Shown here in pieces: positions 34,473-45,153 of a stretch of 64,000 bases of DNA (the stretch's first letter is position 1; each line of letters opens with the position of its first letter). The notes beneath the pieces were generated by a model. That model was not told where the DNA came from. It saw only the letters and a list, made by a program, of their open reading frames with translations, and did no database searches. The stretch lies in NCBI RefSeq assembly GCF_022846255.1, contig NZ_AP025682.1; one strand, 5' to 3'. Source of the DNA: Escherichia coli (GTDB lineage Bacteria > Pseudomonadota > Gammaproteobacteria > Enterobacterales > Enterobacteriaceae). The translations under genes and the position numbers were made by a program.

Positions 34473-34865
34473 TTACTGCGGCATCGTGCGATGCCAGTTC
34501 CCCTTCTGCCAGACCAGGTCAAACGTTAGCGGCTCATCATCGTGGTACAGCATCATCTCCAGACTAATGGCCAACTCGTGGCAATAGGCTTCTTTCAGAT
34601 TGACCTGCAATGCCGCAATACGTGGCTCATGAAATAAAAGCGCGGAACGTAACTGGCGGCAATACCAACTCTGGAGAAGCTTGTCGCTCTGATTATGCCC
34701 TTGCCACTCAGGCATGCCTGAAACAAGTAATATTGGTAGCGGTGAATGGGGAGAACTAAAAAGTTGAAAGAGATCCCGGCATACGGAATCACGCAGCGAT
34801 AACGTATTGTTTCCTGTACTTTCAGGTAATACCGTCTGAACTGATTGGCGCATCATTTTGCGCAC
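34473..34865 (-). CDS. iraD: Anti-adapter protein IraD (inhibits RssB-mediated RpoS degradation)
   Basis: 130-aa product (…[18 protein letters not shown]…[50 protein letters not shown]…) matching IraD as I recall it. Confidence 0.85.
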
Positions 34866-35269
34866 TCCTGACGTTTAGTGGCATCTGTATCCTGCCCTGG
34901 CTGCCGGACACCACTGGGTTGATGCTCATATTCCATAATCATTCCTTTATGCTCATTGCGTCCCTGGCACTTTCATAAAGGATTTATAAGATCCGCCAAA
35001 GATAAAACACTGTACAGAAAAGAATATCCACTGACTTTTAATTTAAAAAGGTATCATTTGACAAAAGTCATTAAACATAACGGAAATACGTTAACATATT
35101 CTGATTATTCCGAATAATTTCTCAGCGTTAAACTGATATATAATTATTCCAAAACAATATATCGTACGTAATGATTAAATTACGCATAATATATTCTGCA
35201 GAACATAATTAACTATTCAGGGAACATACATAGTGCAAAGCGGTTAAACTTTGCACCAGAAATGAGGGA

Positions 35270-36043
35270 TCAGGCGTCGACTTTATCCAGCGGCCATGAA
35301 TCAAACAGATAGCCATCGAAATAGATGTCATCAACATTAGAGAACTCCAGCAAGCGCTGCTTCACATTCTCCAGATGCTGCCACATTGCCAGCTTCGCCG
35401 CTCGGGCATCTTTTTTGATTAACGCGGCGAGGATCTGTTTGTGATCGCCCAACCACTCTTTGCGATACAGGCTGTCATCCAGGTGGCTGTGCAACTGGAT
35501 CCACATTGGATTGTTTTCCCGCCACTGCCAGGACTGACGGAATAACTCCACCAGCATGCTGTTATGCGTTGCTTCGGCAATAGCGAGATGGAACTGCATG
35601 TCACCGCTTTCGCTGCTGCCCGGCGCGCTGGAAGCCAGTTCACGCTCTTCCAGTTGCAATGCCTGGCGCATTTTGACGATATCTTCGCGGGTAGCCTGCA
35701 GGGCGGCAAACTCGGCGATGTTACTTTCCAGTAACTGCCGCGCCTGTAACAGCTCAAAAGGACCGGCATCGTTGCAGACGTTGGCATCCGGACTGTCTGC
35801 GTTGTGGCTGCCTGAGCTATCAAGAACATAGATACCTGCACCCCGACGCACTTCCACCAGCCCTTTGATCTCCAGCATGATCAGCGCTTCACGTACCACC
35901 GTCCGCGTGACATCAAGCATTTCTGCAATTTCACGCTCCGGTGGCAGCCGTTCGCCAGGATTGTACGGCGTCTTTATGATCAGATCGCGGATCATCGCCC
36001 CGACTTCCTGGTAAGGTCTTTGCGCAGAGGTGGCAGATTTCAT
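35270..36043 (-). CDS. uxuR: GntR/FadR-family repressor of the uxu regulon
   Basis: 257-aa GntR-family HTH protein with FCD domain. Confidence 0.9.
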   Translation of the reverse strand: MKSATSAQRPYQEVGAMIRDLIIKTPYNPGERLPPEREIAEMLDVTRTVVREALIMLEIKGLVEVRRGAGIYVLDSSGSHNADSPDANVCNDAGPFELLQARQLLESNIAEFAALQATREDIVKMRQALQLEERELASSAPGSSESGDMQFHLAIAEATHNSMLVELFRQSWQWRENNPMWIQLHSHLDDSLYRKEWLGDHKQILAALIKKDARAAKLAMWQHLENVKQRLLEFSNVDDIYFDGYLFDSWPLDKVDA

Positions 36044-36082
36044 GGTGTTGTGTCCGTTAGGTGCGGTTAATCAAATTTTTTC

Positions 36083-36114
<32 letters not shown>

Positions 36115-36257
36115 AACGGGCAATTTTACGGCACCCGTTAAGCTCAAACTATACCATTAGCACTGGATGTTGGCACGTACAGGTGGGCAAAAAAACGAAA
36201 ACTGGTCAACCAAATATTAGTTTGATTGACCAGTAAGTCTGTAGGGTAATCAGTTAG

Positions 36258-37718
36258 TTACAGCGCAGCCACACACTCGCGCGCACCGCGCTCACACAGC
36301 TGCTGATATGCCGCCGTCACCGCGCCGACAAAGTCGGCGTTCTGCGGCAGATCATCGGCAAAGATACCGCTCAGGCCCAGCAGTGCTTTCACGCGGTCTG
36401 CACCCTGATACTGCGCGTTGATCTTCTGGAACTCCGCCAGCATCGGGTCAACCACGTCAATGGCATTACCCTGCTCATCCACGCCCTGGGTGTAGCGCAT
36501 CCAGCCCGCCACGCCCAGCGCCAGGTGACGCCAGCTGCCGCCGTTTTGCAGGTGCAGACGCACAGGGTCCAGCAGACGCTGCGGTAACTTCTGGCTGCCG
36601 TCCATCGCAATCTGCCAGGTGCGGTGACGCAGAGACGGGTTGCTGAAACGCTCGATCAGCAGCGTCGCATAGGCGTTCAGGTCCGTACCTTCCGGCATCG
36701 ACAGCGTTGGCGCTTGTTCCTGCATCATCAGGGCAAAGGCCGCTTTGCGATAATCCGGATTAGTCATGGTGTCGGCAATAGTTTCATAGCCACCGAGGTA
36801 ACCGAGGTACGCCAGGAAAGAGTGGCTACCGTTCAGCATACGCAGCTTCATCATTTCGAACGGTACAACATCCGCAACAAACTGCGCGCCGACTTTATCC
36901 CAGTCCGGGCGACCATTAACGAAGTTATCTTCAATCACCCACTGACGGAACGGTTCGCAGGCAATGGCGCACGGGTCGTAAACACCCAGCTGGTCAGCAA
37001 TTTCCTGTAAGGTTTCTGGCGTCGCCGCCGGAACGATGCGGTCAACCATGGTGCACGGGAAGGTGACGTTTTCTTCAATCCATGCCGCCAGCTGTGGATC
37101 ACGCGCCTGAGCCAGCCCAAGAACGGCAACCTTCGCCACATGACCGTTTTCACGCACGTTGTCGCAGGACATCACCGTAAATGCTTTCAGCCCTTTTTCA
37201 CGACGCAGACGCAGGGCTTCTACGATGTAACCAATCGCGGACTTCGGCGCAGTCGGGTTTTCCAGATCGTGCTTAATCAGCGGATTATTGAGATCCAGCT
37301 GACCGCTTGCCGCATCGGCGCAATAACCTTTCTCTGTGACCGTCAGGGAGACAATCGCCGTCTGCGGACGCGCCATCGCGTTGAGAATACCTTCACAACC
37401 GTCGATTTCCGGATGCAGGGCTTCTTTCATTGAACCGATAATTTTCAGCTCGGTGCTTTCCGCGCCTTTTTCCGCCACGGTGTACAGCAGTTGCTGTTTT
37501 TTCAGGTTTTCGATCAGCACGCGGTCGTTGCCTGGCATCAGGTTAACTTCGCAGATACCCCAGTCGCTGTCGGTGCTTTCCAGCAGATGATGGGTGTACA
37601 GCGCCTGGTGCGCGCGGTGAAACGCCCCGCAACCGAGATGCACAATGCGTGATTCCAGACGAGAATGATCCCATGACGGGCGGGCAACCGGCAGATTGCT
37701 GTCAACAATAGTAGTCAT
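36258..37718 (-). CDS. uxuB: D-mannonate oxidoreductase
   Basis: 486-aa mannitol dehydrogenase-family protein. Confidence 0.9.
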   Translation of the reverse strand: MTTIVDSNLPVARPSWDHSRLESRIVHLGCGAFHRAHQALYTHHLLESTDSDWGICEVNLMPGNDRVLIENLKKQQLLYTVAEKGAESTELKIIGSMKEALHPEIDGCEGILNAMARPQTAIVSLTVTEKGYCADAASGQLDLNNPLIKHDLENPTAPKSAIGYIVEALRLRREKGLKAFTVMSCDNVRENGHVAKVAVLGLAQARDPQLAAWIEENVTFPCTMVDRIVPAATPETLQEIADQLGVYDPCAIACEPFRQWVIEDNFVNGRPDWDKVGAQFVADVVPFEMMKLRMLNGSHSFLAYLGYLGGYETIADTMTNPDYRKAAFALMMQEQAPTLSMPEGTDLNAYATLLIERFSNPSLRHRTWQIAMDGSQKLPQRLLDPVRLHLQNGGSWRHLALGVAGWMRYTQGVDEQGNAIDVVDPMLAEFQKINAQYQGADRVKALLGLSGIFADDLPQNADFVGAVTAAYQQLCERGARECVAAL

Positions 37719-37798
37719 CGTAAACTCCAGAATCCGTCTTCAGAGAGTGACGGCAAGGAAGAAGGAACCGGCACGGCGCGCAGCCATGCCGGTGGATA

Positions 37799-38983
37799 TT
37801 AACGGCTAAAGAAAGCGCGCTGGATCGCCAGTTCGACACCGCGAACTTCGGCCAGGCCTTTCAGACGACCAATTGCGGAGTAACCTGGGTTGGTTTTCTT
37901 CTTCAGGTCGTCCAGCATCTGATGACCGTGGTCCGGACGCATCGGGATCAGGTCTTCTTTGCCTTCCGCTTTACGACGGTGTTCTTCTTCAACAATCGCT
38001 TTCACCACTTCGTACATATCAACGTCACCGTTCAGGTGCGCCGCTTCGTGGAAGGTTTTCGGGTTATCTTCACGCATGGTGGAGCGCAGATGGGTGAAGT
38101 AAATACGCGGACCGAACTGCTTGATCATATCAACCAGATCGTTGTCAGCACGCACGCCGTAGGAACCGGTGCACATGGTGAAACCGTTCGCCATGCTGTT
38201 TACGGTATCAACCATCCACTGCATATCTTCAATGGTGGAAACAATGCGCGGCAGGCCGAGGATCGGGCGCGGCGGATCGTCCGGGTGAACCGCCATACGC
38301 ACGCCAACTTCTTCAGCAACCGGAATAATCGCTTTCAGGAAGACAGCGAAGTTTTCGCGCAGTTTGGCTTTGTCGATATCTTTGTACAGCTCCAGGTGCT
38401 TACGGAACTGGTCGAGGGTATACCCTTCTTCCGCACCTGGCAGACCGGCAATGATGTTACGGGTCAGACGCGCTTTGTCTTCGTCGCTCATGGTGGCGAA
38501 GCGTTCAGCTGCCTGAGCAATTTCTTCTTCGGTGTAATCCGCTTCCGCGCCTGGACGCTTCAGGATATGCATTTCGAATGCAGCGAATTCGATCTGGTCG
38601 AAGCGCAGAGCTTTGGAGCCGTCTGGCAGCACGTATTCGAGGTCAGTACGGGTCCAGTCGAGCACCGGCATGAAGTTGTAGCACACGGTGCGAATGCCGC
38701 ACTGCGCCAGGTTGCGCAGAGTCTGCTGATAGTTAGCGATCCACTGCTCATAGTTGCCAGTGTGGGTTTTGATATCTTCGTGAATTGGCACGCTTTCTAC
38801 GACAGACCACACCAGGCCTGCGTCTTCAACGATCGCCTTGCGTTTGAGGATCTCTTCTACGGACCATACTTCGCCGTTCGGGATATGGTGCAGCGCGGTA
38901 ACCACGCCAGTTGCGCCCGCCTGACGGACATCAGCTAAAGAAACCGGATCGTTTGGGCCGTACCAGCGCCAGGTCTGTTCCAT
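37799..38983 (-). CDS. uxuA: Mannonate dehydratase
   Basis: Start placed at ATG 38981-38983 ([10 protein letters not shown]...) with an agagga SD; the track ORF extends 10 codons further upstream. Confidence 0.9.
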
Positions 38984-39145
38984 GATTTTTCCTCTTTCAC
39001 ATAGTGGGTTCAACAGCGAAGAGACGCGGAACCCCGGAGTTGTTTAGGTATCCGGATGAACAACCCGGCCACAGCCGTAGCGTCGCATCGGATGAGATGG
39101 CGTATAAGTTCTACCTTTTGGTAAGACATGTCAACCCGAATTCTG

Positions 39146-39160
39146 AAATTGGTTAACCAC
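39146..39160. promoter_or_regulatory. Candidate UxuR/ExuR operator (AAATTGGTTAACCAC) upstream of uxuA
   Basis: Palindromic TGGT-N-ACCA core typical of FadR-subfamily GntR operators, about 165 bp upstream of the uxuA ATG. Confidence 0.45.
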
Positions 39161-39252
39161 ATCACAAGAATTTTACTCTCACGGTTGTTGCTGCAAATTG
39201 CAGCAAAGGGTAATCGATGGTTATTGATCAGAGGATGTGACATTCATCGCAA

Positions 39253-39267
39253 TAATGGTTGACCAAT
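39253..39267. promoter_or_regulatory. Candidate UxuR/ExuR operator (AATGGTTGACCAATT) upstream of the gntP remnant
   Basis: Second TGGT-N-ACCA palindrome about 60 bp upstream of the gntP start codon. Confidence 0.4.
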
Positions 39268-39322
39268 TTGCATAACATGTCGCCCAAAATAACAACGGTT
39301 CAACCAGGTAAGGTAAAACGTT

Positions 39323-39539
39323 ATGCATGTGCTTAACATTCTCTGGGTGGTATTCGGCATTGGCCTGATGCTGGTACTGACAATGACCGCAGGTTCAGAC
39401 ACATTCCCTACATTAGCAATGCCTCTTAGATTACTTTGACCTGTCAGTAAAAGACACGTTGAAAACCTGGGGTCTGCTGGAGCTGGTCAACTCCGTGGTT
39501 GGGCTGATTATTGTGCTGATTATTAGCATGGTAGCGTAA
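39323..39539 (+). pseudogene. gntP: gntP (gluconate/fructuronate permease) deletion remnant
   Basis: ATG at 39323 encodes a permease-like N-terminus (MHVLNILWVVFGIGLMLVL...) that stops after 38 codons. From about 39432 a different frame encodes a GntP-family C-terminus ([35 protein letters not shown], stop at 39537-39539). About 1.1 kb of the expected ~1.3-kb gene is absent. Confidence 0.75.
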
Positions 39540-39559
39540 AAGAGCACCTGAGCCTGCCA

Positions 39560-39650
39560 TTGGCAGGCTCTGTTCGGATTGTCGGTAAAGTGCGCTTTGT
39601 TTATGCCAGATGCGACGCTGACGCGTCTTATCTGGCCTACAAAGGGCTAA
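39560..39650. repeat. REP element between the gntP remnant and fimH
   Basis: gcctgccattggcaggctc hairpin followed by ...tgccagatgcgacgctgacgcgtcttatctggcctacaaa, a REP-type palindromic unit. Confidence 0.6.
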
Positions 39651-39711
39651 CGTGCAGGTTTTAGCTTCAGGTAATATTGCGTACCTGCATTAGCAATGCC
39701 CTGTGATTTCT

Positions 39712-40614
39712 TTATTGATAAACAAAAGTCACGCCAATAATCGATTGCACATTCCCTGCAGTCACCTGCCCTCCGGTACGTGCGTAATTTGCCGTTAATC
39801 CCAGACTTACCGCCGAAGTCCCTACTGCTCCTAACGATACCGTGTTATTCGCTGGAATAATCGTACCGTTGCGCGTCAACTGTACGCCGACGCCCTGCGC
39901 GGGTGAAAACGACGCGGTATTGGTGAAAATCGAGTTGCCCGCATCTGCGGTTGTGCCGGATAGGTAATACCCCAGGTTTTGGCTTTTCGCACAATAAACG
40001 GTAAGAGGAATCGGCACTGAACCAGGGTAGTCCGGCAGAGTAACGGTGACATCACGAGCAGAAACATCACAGCCGCCAGTGGGCACCACCACATCATTAT
40101 TGGCGTAAATATTCCACACAAACTGGAAATCATCGCTGTTATAGTTGTTGGTCTGTCGCAAAATAAGCACGGCAATTAATGAGCCAGCTTTAATCGCCAC
40201 TCCCCCCGCACTGCTCACCGGCGTCAAATAAAGCGCCACCGGCCACGGCTTATCCGTTCTCGAATTATAAACAACCCGCGGCGTTTCGCTGGTAGTAGGG
40301 AAAGGATAGCTACTGCCATTATATTTTACGGTCCCGGAAAAACTAGATAACACACCGCCATAAGCCGAACCTCGTTGCAGTGTGACATAGTCTGTAATGG
40401 TTTCTGGGTAATCGTTATGGCAAAAGATTTGCGTCGAAAGATCTACGACCAGGTTTTGCCCCACATTCACGGCAGGCGCAAGGTTTACATAAACATTGGC
40501 GCTGCCACCGCCAATAGGGATTGCGGTACCATTGGCGGTTTTACAGGCGAATGACCAGGCATTTACCGACCAGCCCATCAGCAGTACAGCAAACAGGGTA
40601 ATAACTCGTTTCAT
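39712..40614 (-). CDS. fimH: Type 1 fimbrial tip adhesin (mannose-binding)
   Basis: Signal peptide MKRVITLFAVLLMGWSVNAWS followed by mature FACKTANGTAIPIGGG...; last gene of the fim operon. Confidence 0.95.
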   Translation of the reverse strand: MKRVITLFAVLLMGWSVNAWSFACKTANGTAIPIGGGSANVYVNLAPAVNVGQNLVVDLSTQIFCHNDYPETITDYVTLQRGSAYGGVLSSFSGTVKYNGSSYPFPTTSETPRVVYNSRTDKPWPVALYLTPVSSAGGVAIKAGSLIAVLILRQTNNYNSDDFQFVWNIYANNDVVVPTGGCDVSARDVTVTLPDYPGSVPIPLTVYCAKSQNLGYYLSGTTADAGNSIFTNTASFSPAQGVGVQLTRNGTIIPANNTVSLGAVGTSAVSLGLTANYARTGGQVTAGNVQSIIGVTFVYQ

Positions 40615-40633
40615 TACAATCATCTCTTTGGGT

Positions 40634-41137
40634 TCAGCTGTAGGTATAGGTGATGCTAATCACTGCCTGAATGGTTCCCTGAGTGGCTCCACCATTTACG
40701 GTCAATGCTCTGACCTGTAACGGGAAGTGCGCTGATTGTGAGGAATCATCCACCTGAACTGTTTTGGTTGCGCCAGTATTCAATGTGTTGCCACTGTCAT
40801 CCTGTAGCTCTAACTGGATGTTTTGCGCGGTCCCCTGATTTTTATAATATCCGGTACTGTCGGCTGCCCCGCTGAAGCTGGCAGTGACCCTCGACGTTCC
40901 CACCGGACAATGAGTCAACTCAAGCGCAACATCATGCCAGGCCGATGCCGCCCCGGCAGACATCAGACTGAAAGAATAAAGATCGCCGAGATCTACCGTG
41001 GCATTGGTGGTGGAAACCGTACACGGTTTGGCGACGACCTTACCGTTAACCGTGATGGTGACATCGGCTGCCTGTATCGTCGCACTTGCGAGCGCCAATA
41101 TTGCCGCCAATACATACCCACGTTTGCACCATTTCAT
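40634..41137 (-). CDS. fimG: Type 1 fimbrial minor subunit
   Basis: 167-aa pilin-like protein with signal peptide; conserved position. Confidence 0.9.
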   Translation of the reverse strand: MKWCKRGYVLAAILALASATIQAADVTITVNGKVVAKPCTVSTTNATVDLGDLYSFSLMSAGAASAWHDVALELTHCPVGTSRVTASFSGAADSTGYYKNQGTAQNIQLELQDDSGNTLNTGATKTVQVDDSSQSAHFPLQVRALTVNGGATQGTIQAVISITYTYS

Positions 41138-41149
41138 GAGCATCTCCAG

Positions 41150-41680
41150 TTACTGATATTCAAGAGTGAAGGTAGCCGTGGCATTGATATGCCCCGCAGT
41201 GACAGGCACCTGTGTCGCCATTAGCCGGGCGTAAAAATTCAACGTATTTGGTTTACCCGGCGTCAGGGTCGTCCACGAAATCGCGGACGATGGGGCATTA
41301 AGGGGTATCTCATTTTGCTGCTCATTCAGAAGCTGTATTCCCAGTCCCGCAGCCGCTGACACCGTATTTTCAAGTGCAAGCAGGTTGGCATTGTGGCTAT
41401 CTGCAACGCCAGTAAACCCAACCTTTACGGCAGAAACAGCGTTACCACAGGGTGACAGCAAAATACGAAATGGAACGACAGGAGTCGTCGCACCAATGTT
41501 GTTAAATTGCTTCGCCGCGTTTTCCATCAGATCAACAGTAAAATTGGTTGATTCAGCGGCCACACTACAGCCATTATCTCTGACATAGCCGCGGATAGTA
41601 ATCGTGCTATCCGCAGCCAAAGCGTGACTTACCGCCAGCCACAAAAAAGCGCAAAGAAGATAAAAAGGTTTGTTTCTCAT
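41150..41680 (-). CDS. fimF: Type 1 fimbrial minor subunit (adaptor)
   Basis: 176-aa pilin-like protein with signal peptide. Confidence 0.9.
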   Translation of the reverse strand: MRNKPFYLLCAFLWLAVSHALAADSTITIRGYVRDNGCSVAAESTNFTVDLMENAAKQFNNIGATTPVVPFRILLSPCGNAVSAVKVGFTGVADSHNANLLALENTVSAAAGLGIQLLNEQQNEIPLNAPSSAISWTTLTPGKPNTLNFYARLMATQVPVTAGHINATATFTLEYQ

Positions 41681-41689
41681 CACGCCCCC

Positions 41690-44326
41690 TTAACGACATT
41701 CAGCTGATAGCTGGGTTAATAACTGCTGCTGACTCTCTGGTGGCAGTTGATAATTGGCGACACAGTGAGCATTTTCCTCTTCTCCCCATTTCACCTGCAC
41801 TTTTCCCGCTAAAGGCATTCCGCTGAGGTAAACCTGACCATTATCCGCAACAATGCCGCTACTCTGGCTACTCTCTGATGTCACCATCGCCCCAAACGGC
41901 AGCGGCTTATTATTGTGGGTTAGCGTCATGAGCAGTTTTATCCCAACGCGCGCTTTAAACTCTGCTCGCACGATCGCCCCACGGGTGGGAACAACGTTAG
42001 CGACCGCGTTATCTAAATCGACGTTATCAGCCAGGGTATTGGTATCCAGCGCTACTCTGTTTTCCCGATATTCAGTGGCATAAGGCAGCACGGCATAACC
42101 GCGCCAGTCGGTACGCACCCCCGTCTGGTTTTCGACTTTTGCATCTTTTGCGCCAGGCGCTTTAACAAGCACCACCGTATCGTTTAACGGCTGCCCCAGC
42201 GTTACGCCATTGGCATGAGCCAGTACCCCACCGCTGACTCCGTAATAGAGCTGCTTAATATCATCGCTATGGCTGTAACCGATATTGGCATTGCCGTAAC
42301 CACCGCGATAATTCAGCGTGGCGTAGCCTGTACTTCCGCTATTACCATCGCCTCCCCCGGCATAGCCGGTTTGCACGCTATAGCTGAGGTTGTTGTCTTC
42401 CAGCAACGTACCGTATACACCAGCCAGATTGGTCATCCGACCGTTGAGATCGTGTGACATGCTGTAGCTGGCACTGGCATGTCGCCACTGAGATTTACTG
42501 TCAGAACGCAGCCAGTGGCTGAAAGGAATATTGACGTTAAGCGCTAACATCTGATCACGTCCTTTTTGCCAGGCGTTTTTCGTCAGGCTATAGCTGAGCG
42601 TCCAGTTAATATCTTCGAACGCAGTATTTAATCCAGCCTGGAATTGCTCATCGACATTACTCGTTCCCCAATAAGTTTGATGGCTACCACTCAAATACAG
42701 TGTTGATGTGCGCCCGAGTTGCTGAGTAACGGTGAGTTGTAATTTCCCGCGTTTGTTATAAGCGAGATTGTAATAGTCGGTGAATTTCGGCTTAACCTGA
42801 ATAACACCATCCTGTGTTTCGATGTTGTAGCCATTCATTCGACTGTATGTTGTATCAGCGAAATTAAAATACCCACTGGTCGAATAACGGTAACCCACTA
42901 ACTGAATATTCGTGCCTGACTCATTGAGCGATTTGTTATAGAGAAAACGCACCGATTGTCCGTCATGCTGACTGTCATCGGGAAGTGTGGAATTAGCCTG
43001 CGTCATATCCACAGACAGAGCGCCCAGTGCCCCCATGTTTTTCCCGATACCGAAATTAAAAGCACGATAACGATCCGCCAGTTGCGTTCCACCATATATT
43101 GTCCAGCCAGCCGGAAGGCCGTGGAGTAATGTACTCTGGAAAAAGCGGGGTTTTTCCTGTTGCGCATTTCCACTACGGTATTCTCCTGCCGTAATGGAAT
43201 AACGTGTATGCCCTTCACGCTGCAAAAGCGGGACTGACGAATAGGGTACGGTAAAAATCTGCGTACTGCCGTCAGCCTCTTTAATCGTTACCTGCAAGTC
43301 ACCACTATTACCTGCGGCATAGATATCGTTGATGGTAAAAGGCCCCGGTGGCACCGTACTATTATAAATGTCATACCCATTTTGTTTAATAGTGACCTGT
43401 GCAGTACCACGAGCAATACCGTGGATCACCGGGGCAAATCCTCTTTGGCTATCGGGTAACATATTGTCATCTGAGGCCAATTGTGCGCCGCGAAAGTTAA
43501 TACCATCGAAAATATCGCCCTGAGTATAACCATCACCCAGCGTCAGCCGGGAACGTAACGGAATTATGTCTCGCTCAAGCCAGGTATTGATATGCTGCCA
43601 TTTATTTTTGCTACCTGATGAACTGTCGCTACTGTTATAACTCCAGGTGGTATTGTCGCGTAAACGCCACGCACCAATATTTAACCCACTCTGTAGGTTT
43701 AAATATGCATAATGGCTGTTACCCCCAATTCGATTCTGTACACTATTTCCGCTGAAATTATAATTGAGCAATCCGGCATTAATACCGGGATCCCATAACT
43801 CAGGAGGAATATAACCACGCGCGCGATTACTCATAAATGCCTGAGGGATCGTCAGGTTGAGTCGCTGCTGACCCACATCCAGTTGCGCAGTAGCGTCATG
43901 GATCATTGAGGTTAATGGCACGCAGGCATCATCCGCCAGCAGATTCATACCGGAGACAGAAGCCGTATTCAGCCCCATACTGGCAAGTTGCGCGCGTGTC
44001 AGGCAGGGAACAATCCCTTGTTCGCTGTCGCCCGTATTAAATGTGACATCACGCGTTGCCATATAACCATTATTCAAATAGATATCAACACGATACGTCC
44101 CTGGCGGTAATTCTTGCCCATTTTCAAAACGCGATAAATCAGCCACAGCCTGGGGATCATCCGCTAAAAAACGCGGGTTAAAATAGAGTTCGGCAGATGA
44201 CAAAGGTGCCTGTGCGGCAAAAGCACAGGCAACAAAGAGTCGGACAAAAAAACCAGCCAAACGATGCTTACGAATATGCAAGCATTGTGTGTTTCGCTGG
44301 TAAAGTCTTAAATTCAGATATGACAT
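41690..44326 (-). CDS. fimD: Type 1 fimbrial outer membrane usher
   Basis: 878-aa usher-family protein. Confidence 0.95.
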   Translation of the reverse strand: MSYLNLRLYQRNTQCLHIRKHRLAGFFVRLFVACAFAAQAPLSSAELYFNPRFLADDPQAVADLSRFENGQELPPGTYRVDIYLNNGYMATRDVTFNTGDSEQGIVPCLTRAQLASMGLNTASVSGMNLLADDACVPLTSMIHDATAQLDVGQQRLNLTIPQAFMSNRARGYIPPELWDPGINAGLLNYNFSGNSVQNRIGGNSHYAYLNLQSGLNIGAWRLRDNTTWSYNSSDSSSGSKNKWQHINTWLERDIIPLRSRLTLGDGYTQGDIFDGINFRGAQLASDDNMLPDSQRGFAPVIHGIARGTAQVTIKQNGYDIYNSTVPPGPFTINDIYAAGNSGDLQVTIKEADGSTQIFTVPYSSVPLLQREGHTRYSITAGEYRSGNAQQEKPRFFQSTLLHGLPAGWTIYGGTQLADRYRAFNFGIGKNMGALGALSVDMTQANSTLPDDSQHDGQSVRFLYNKSLNESGTNIQLVGYRYSTSGYFNFADTTYSRMNGYNIETQDGVIQVKPKFTDYYNLAYNKRGKLQLTVTQQLGRTSTLYLSGSHQTYWGTSNVDEQFQAGLNTAFEDINWTLSYSLTKNAWQKGRDQMLALNVNIPFSHWLRSDSKSQWRHASASYSMSHDLNGRMTNLAGVYGTLLEDNNLSYSVQTGYAGGGDGNSGSTGYATLNYRGGYGNANIGYSHSDDIKQLYYGVSGGVLAHANGVTLGQPLNDTVVLVKAPGAKDAKVENQTGVRTDWRGYAVLPYATEYRENRVALDTNTLADNVDLDNAVANVVPTRGAIVRAEFKARVGIKLLMTLTHNNKPLPFGAMVTSESSQSSGIVADNGQVYLSGMPLAGKVQVKWGEEENAHCVANYQLPPESQQQLLTQLSAECR

Positions 44327-44391
44327 TATTCCTCCGGTTTAAATCACCCGGCAGTCAATTCTTTTTATTCAGGCGAAAAAATCCCCCTGCG

Positions 44392-45117
44392 TTATTCCAT
44401 TACGCCCGTCATTTTGGGGGTAAGTGCGCCATAATCATTTATTGTTCGGTAAGTAATATTGCTTCCTGCATCAGAAGGCAATTTAACCGCGCTTTCGCCC
44501 ATTGGAGGCACCAATGCATTTTCAAGAACCCGAGTTCCGGCATTCAACTCTGTTACCGTCAGGTAATAGGGTGTCGGGTTGATCAGCGTCAGAGAATTCG
44601 CGCTACGACGAAATCTTAATTTTTCTGCGGCCTGATCGGGTGGCAACGCTAATTTAGCCGGACGATAGTACAGTTTAATGCGGCTGATAATTGCGAGCTG
44701 TAGCGTATTCTCAGTCAATTTTGATTTATCCATTGACGGAATCGCTTTAACATTCATCCAGAATAAACTTTCCCGATCCTGTGGCAATTGGTTATTTGTT
44801 GCATCAAGAATACGCAAGGTATTCTCTTTTTTTCCCTTCATCGCAAACAGAGGTGGCGTCACGATAAAACGGCCATCCTTTACACCATCGGCATTTTCTA
44901 CCCATGATTGAATTAAATAGGTGCTATTTTCATCATTATTTGTCACGGCAAGTTGCACTTGTTTTTGCCCTGCCGGATAAATTACGCGAGTCGCACCTAA
45001 GGCCACTCCCGCTTCAGCGCGTCCGGCAACCATCATTGCCATGAACATCAGGATACCTGCCAGCAAGCAGAATGTTATTTCCTGCGATTTCCTTACATTG
45101 ACGTTTTTATTACTCAC
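44392..45117 (-). CDS. fimC: Type 1 fimbrial periplasmic chaperone
   Basis: 241-aa PapD-like chaperone. Confidence 0.95.
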   Translation of the reverse strand: MSNKNVNVRKSQEITFCLLAGILMFMAMMVAGRAEAGVALGATRVIYPAGQKQVQLAVTNNDENSTYLIQSWVENADGVKDGRFIVTPPLFAMKGKKENTLRILDATNNQLPQDRESLFWMNVKAIPSMDKSKLTENTLQLAIISRIKLYYRPAKLALPPDQAAEKLRFRRSANSLTLINPTPYYLTVTELNAGTRVLENALVPPMGESAVKLPSDAGSNITYRTINDYGALTPKMTGVME

Positions 45118-45153
45118 TGTCCTGTTCCTGTTATCACATTATCTGCTGAACAA

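Noticed and set aside
37922-38938. 338-codon ORF on the + strand
   Set aside because: Lies entirely antisense within uxuA; the product is low-complexity and Arg/His-rich with no family resemblance; a shadow ORF of a well-supported gene.
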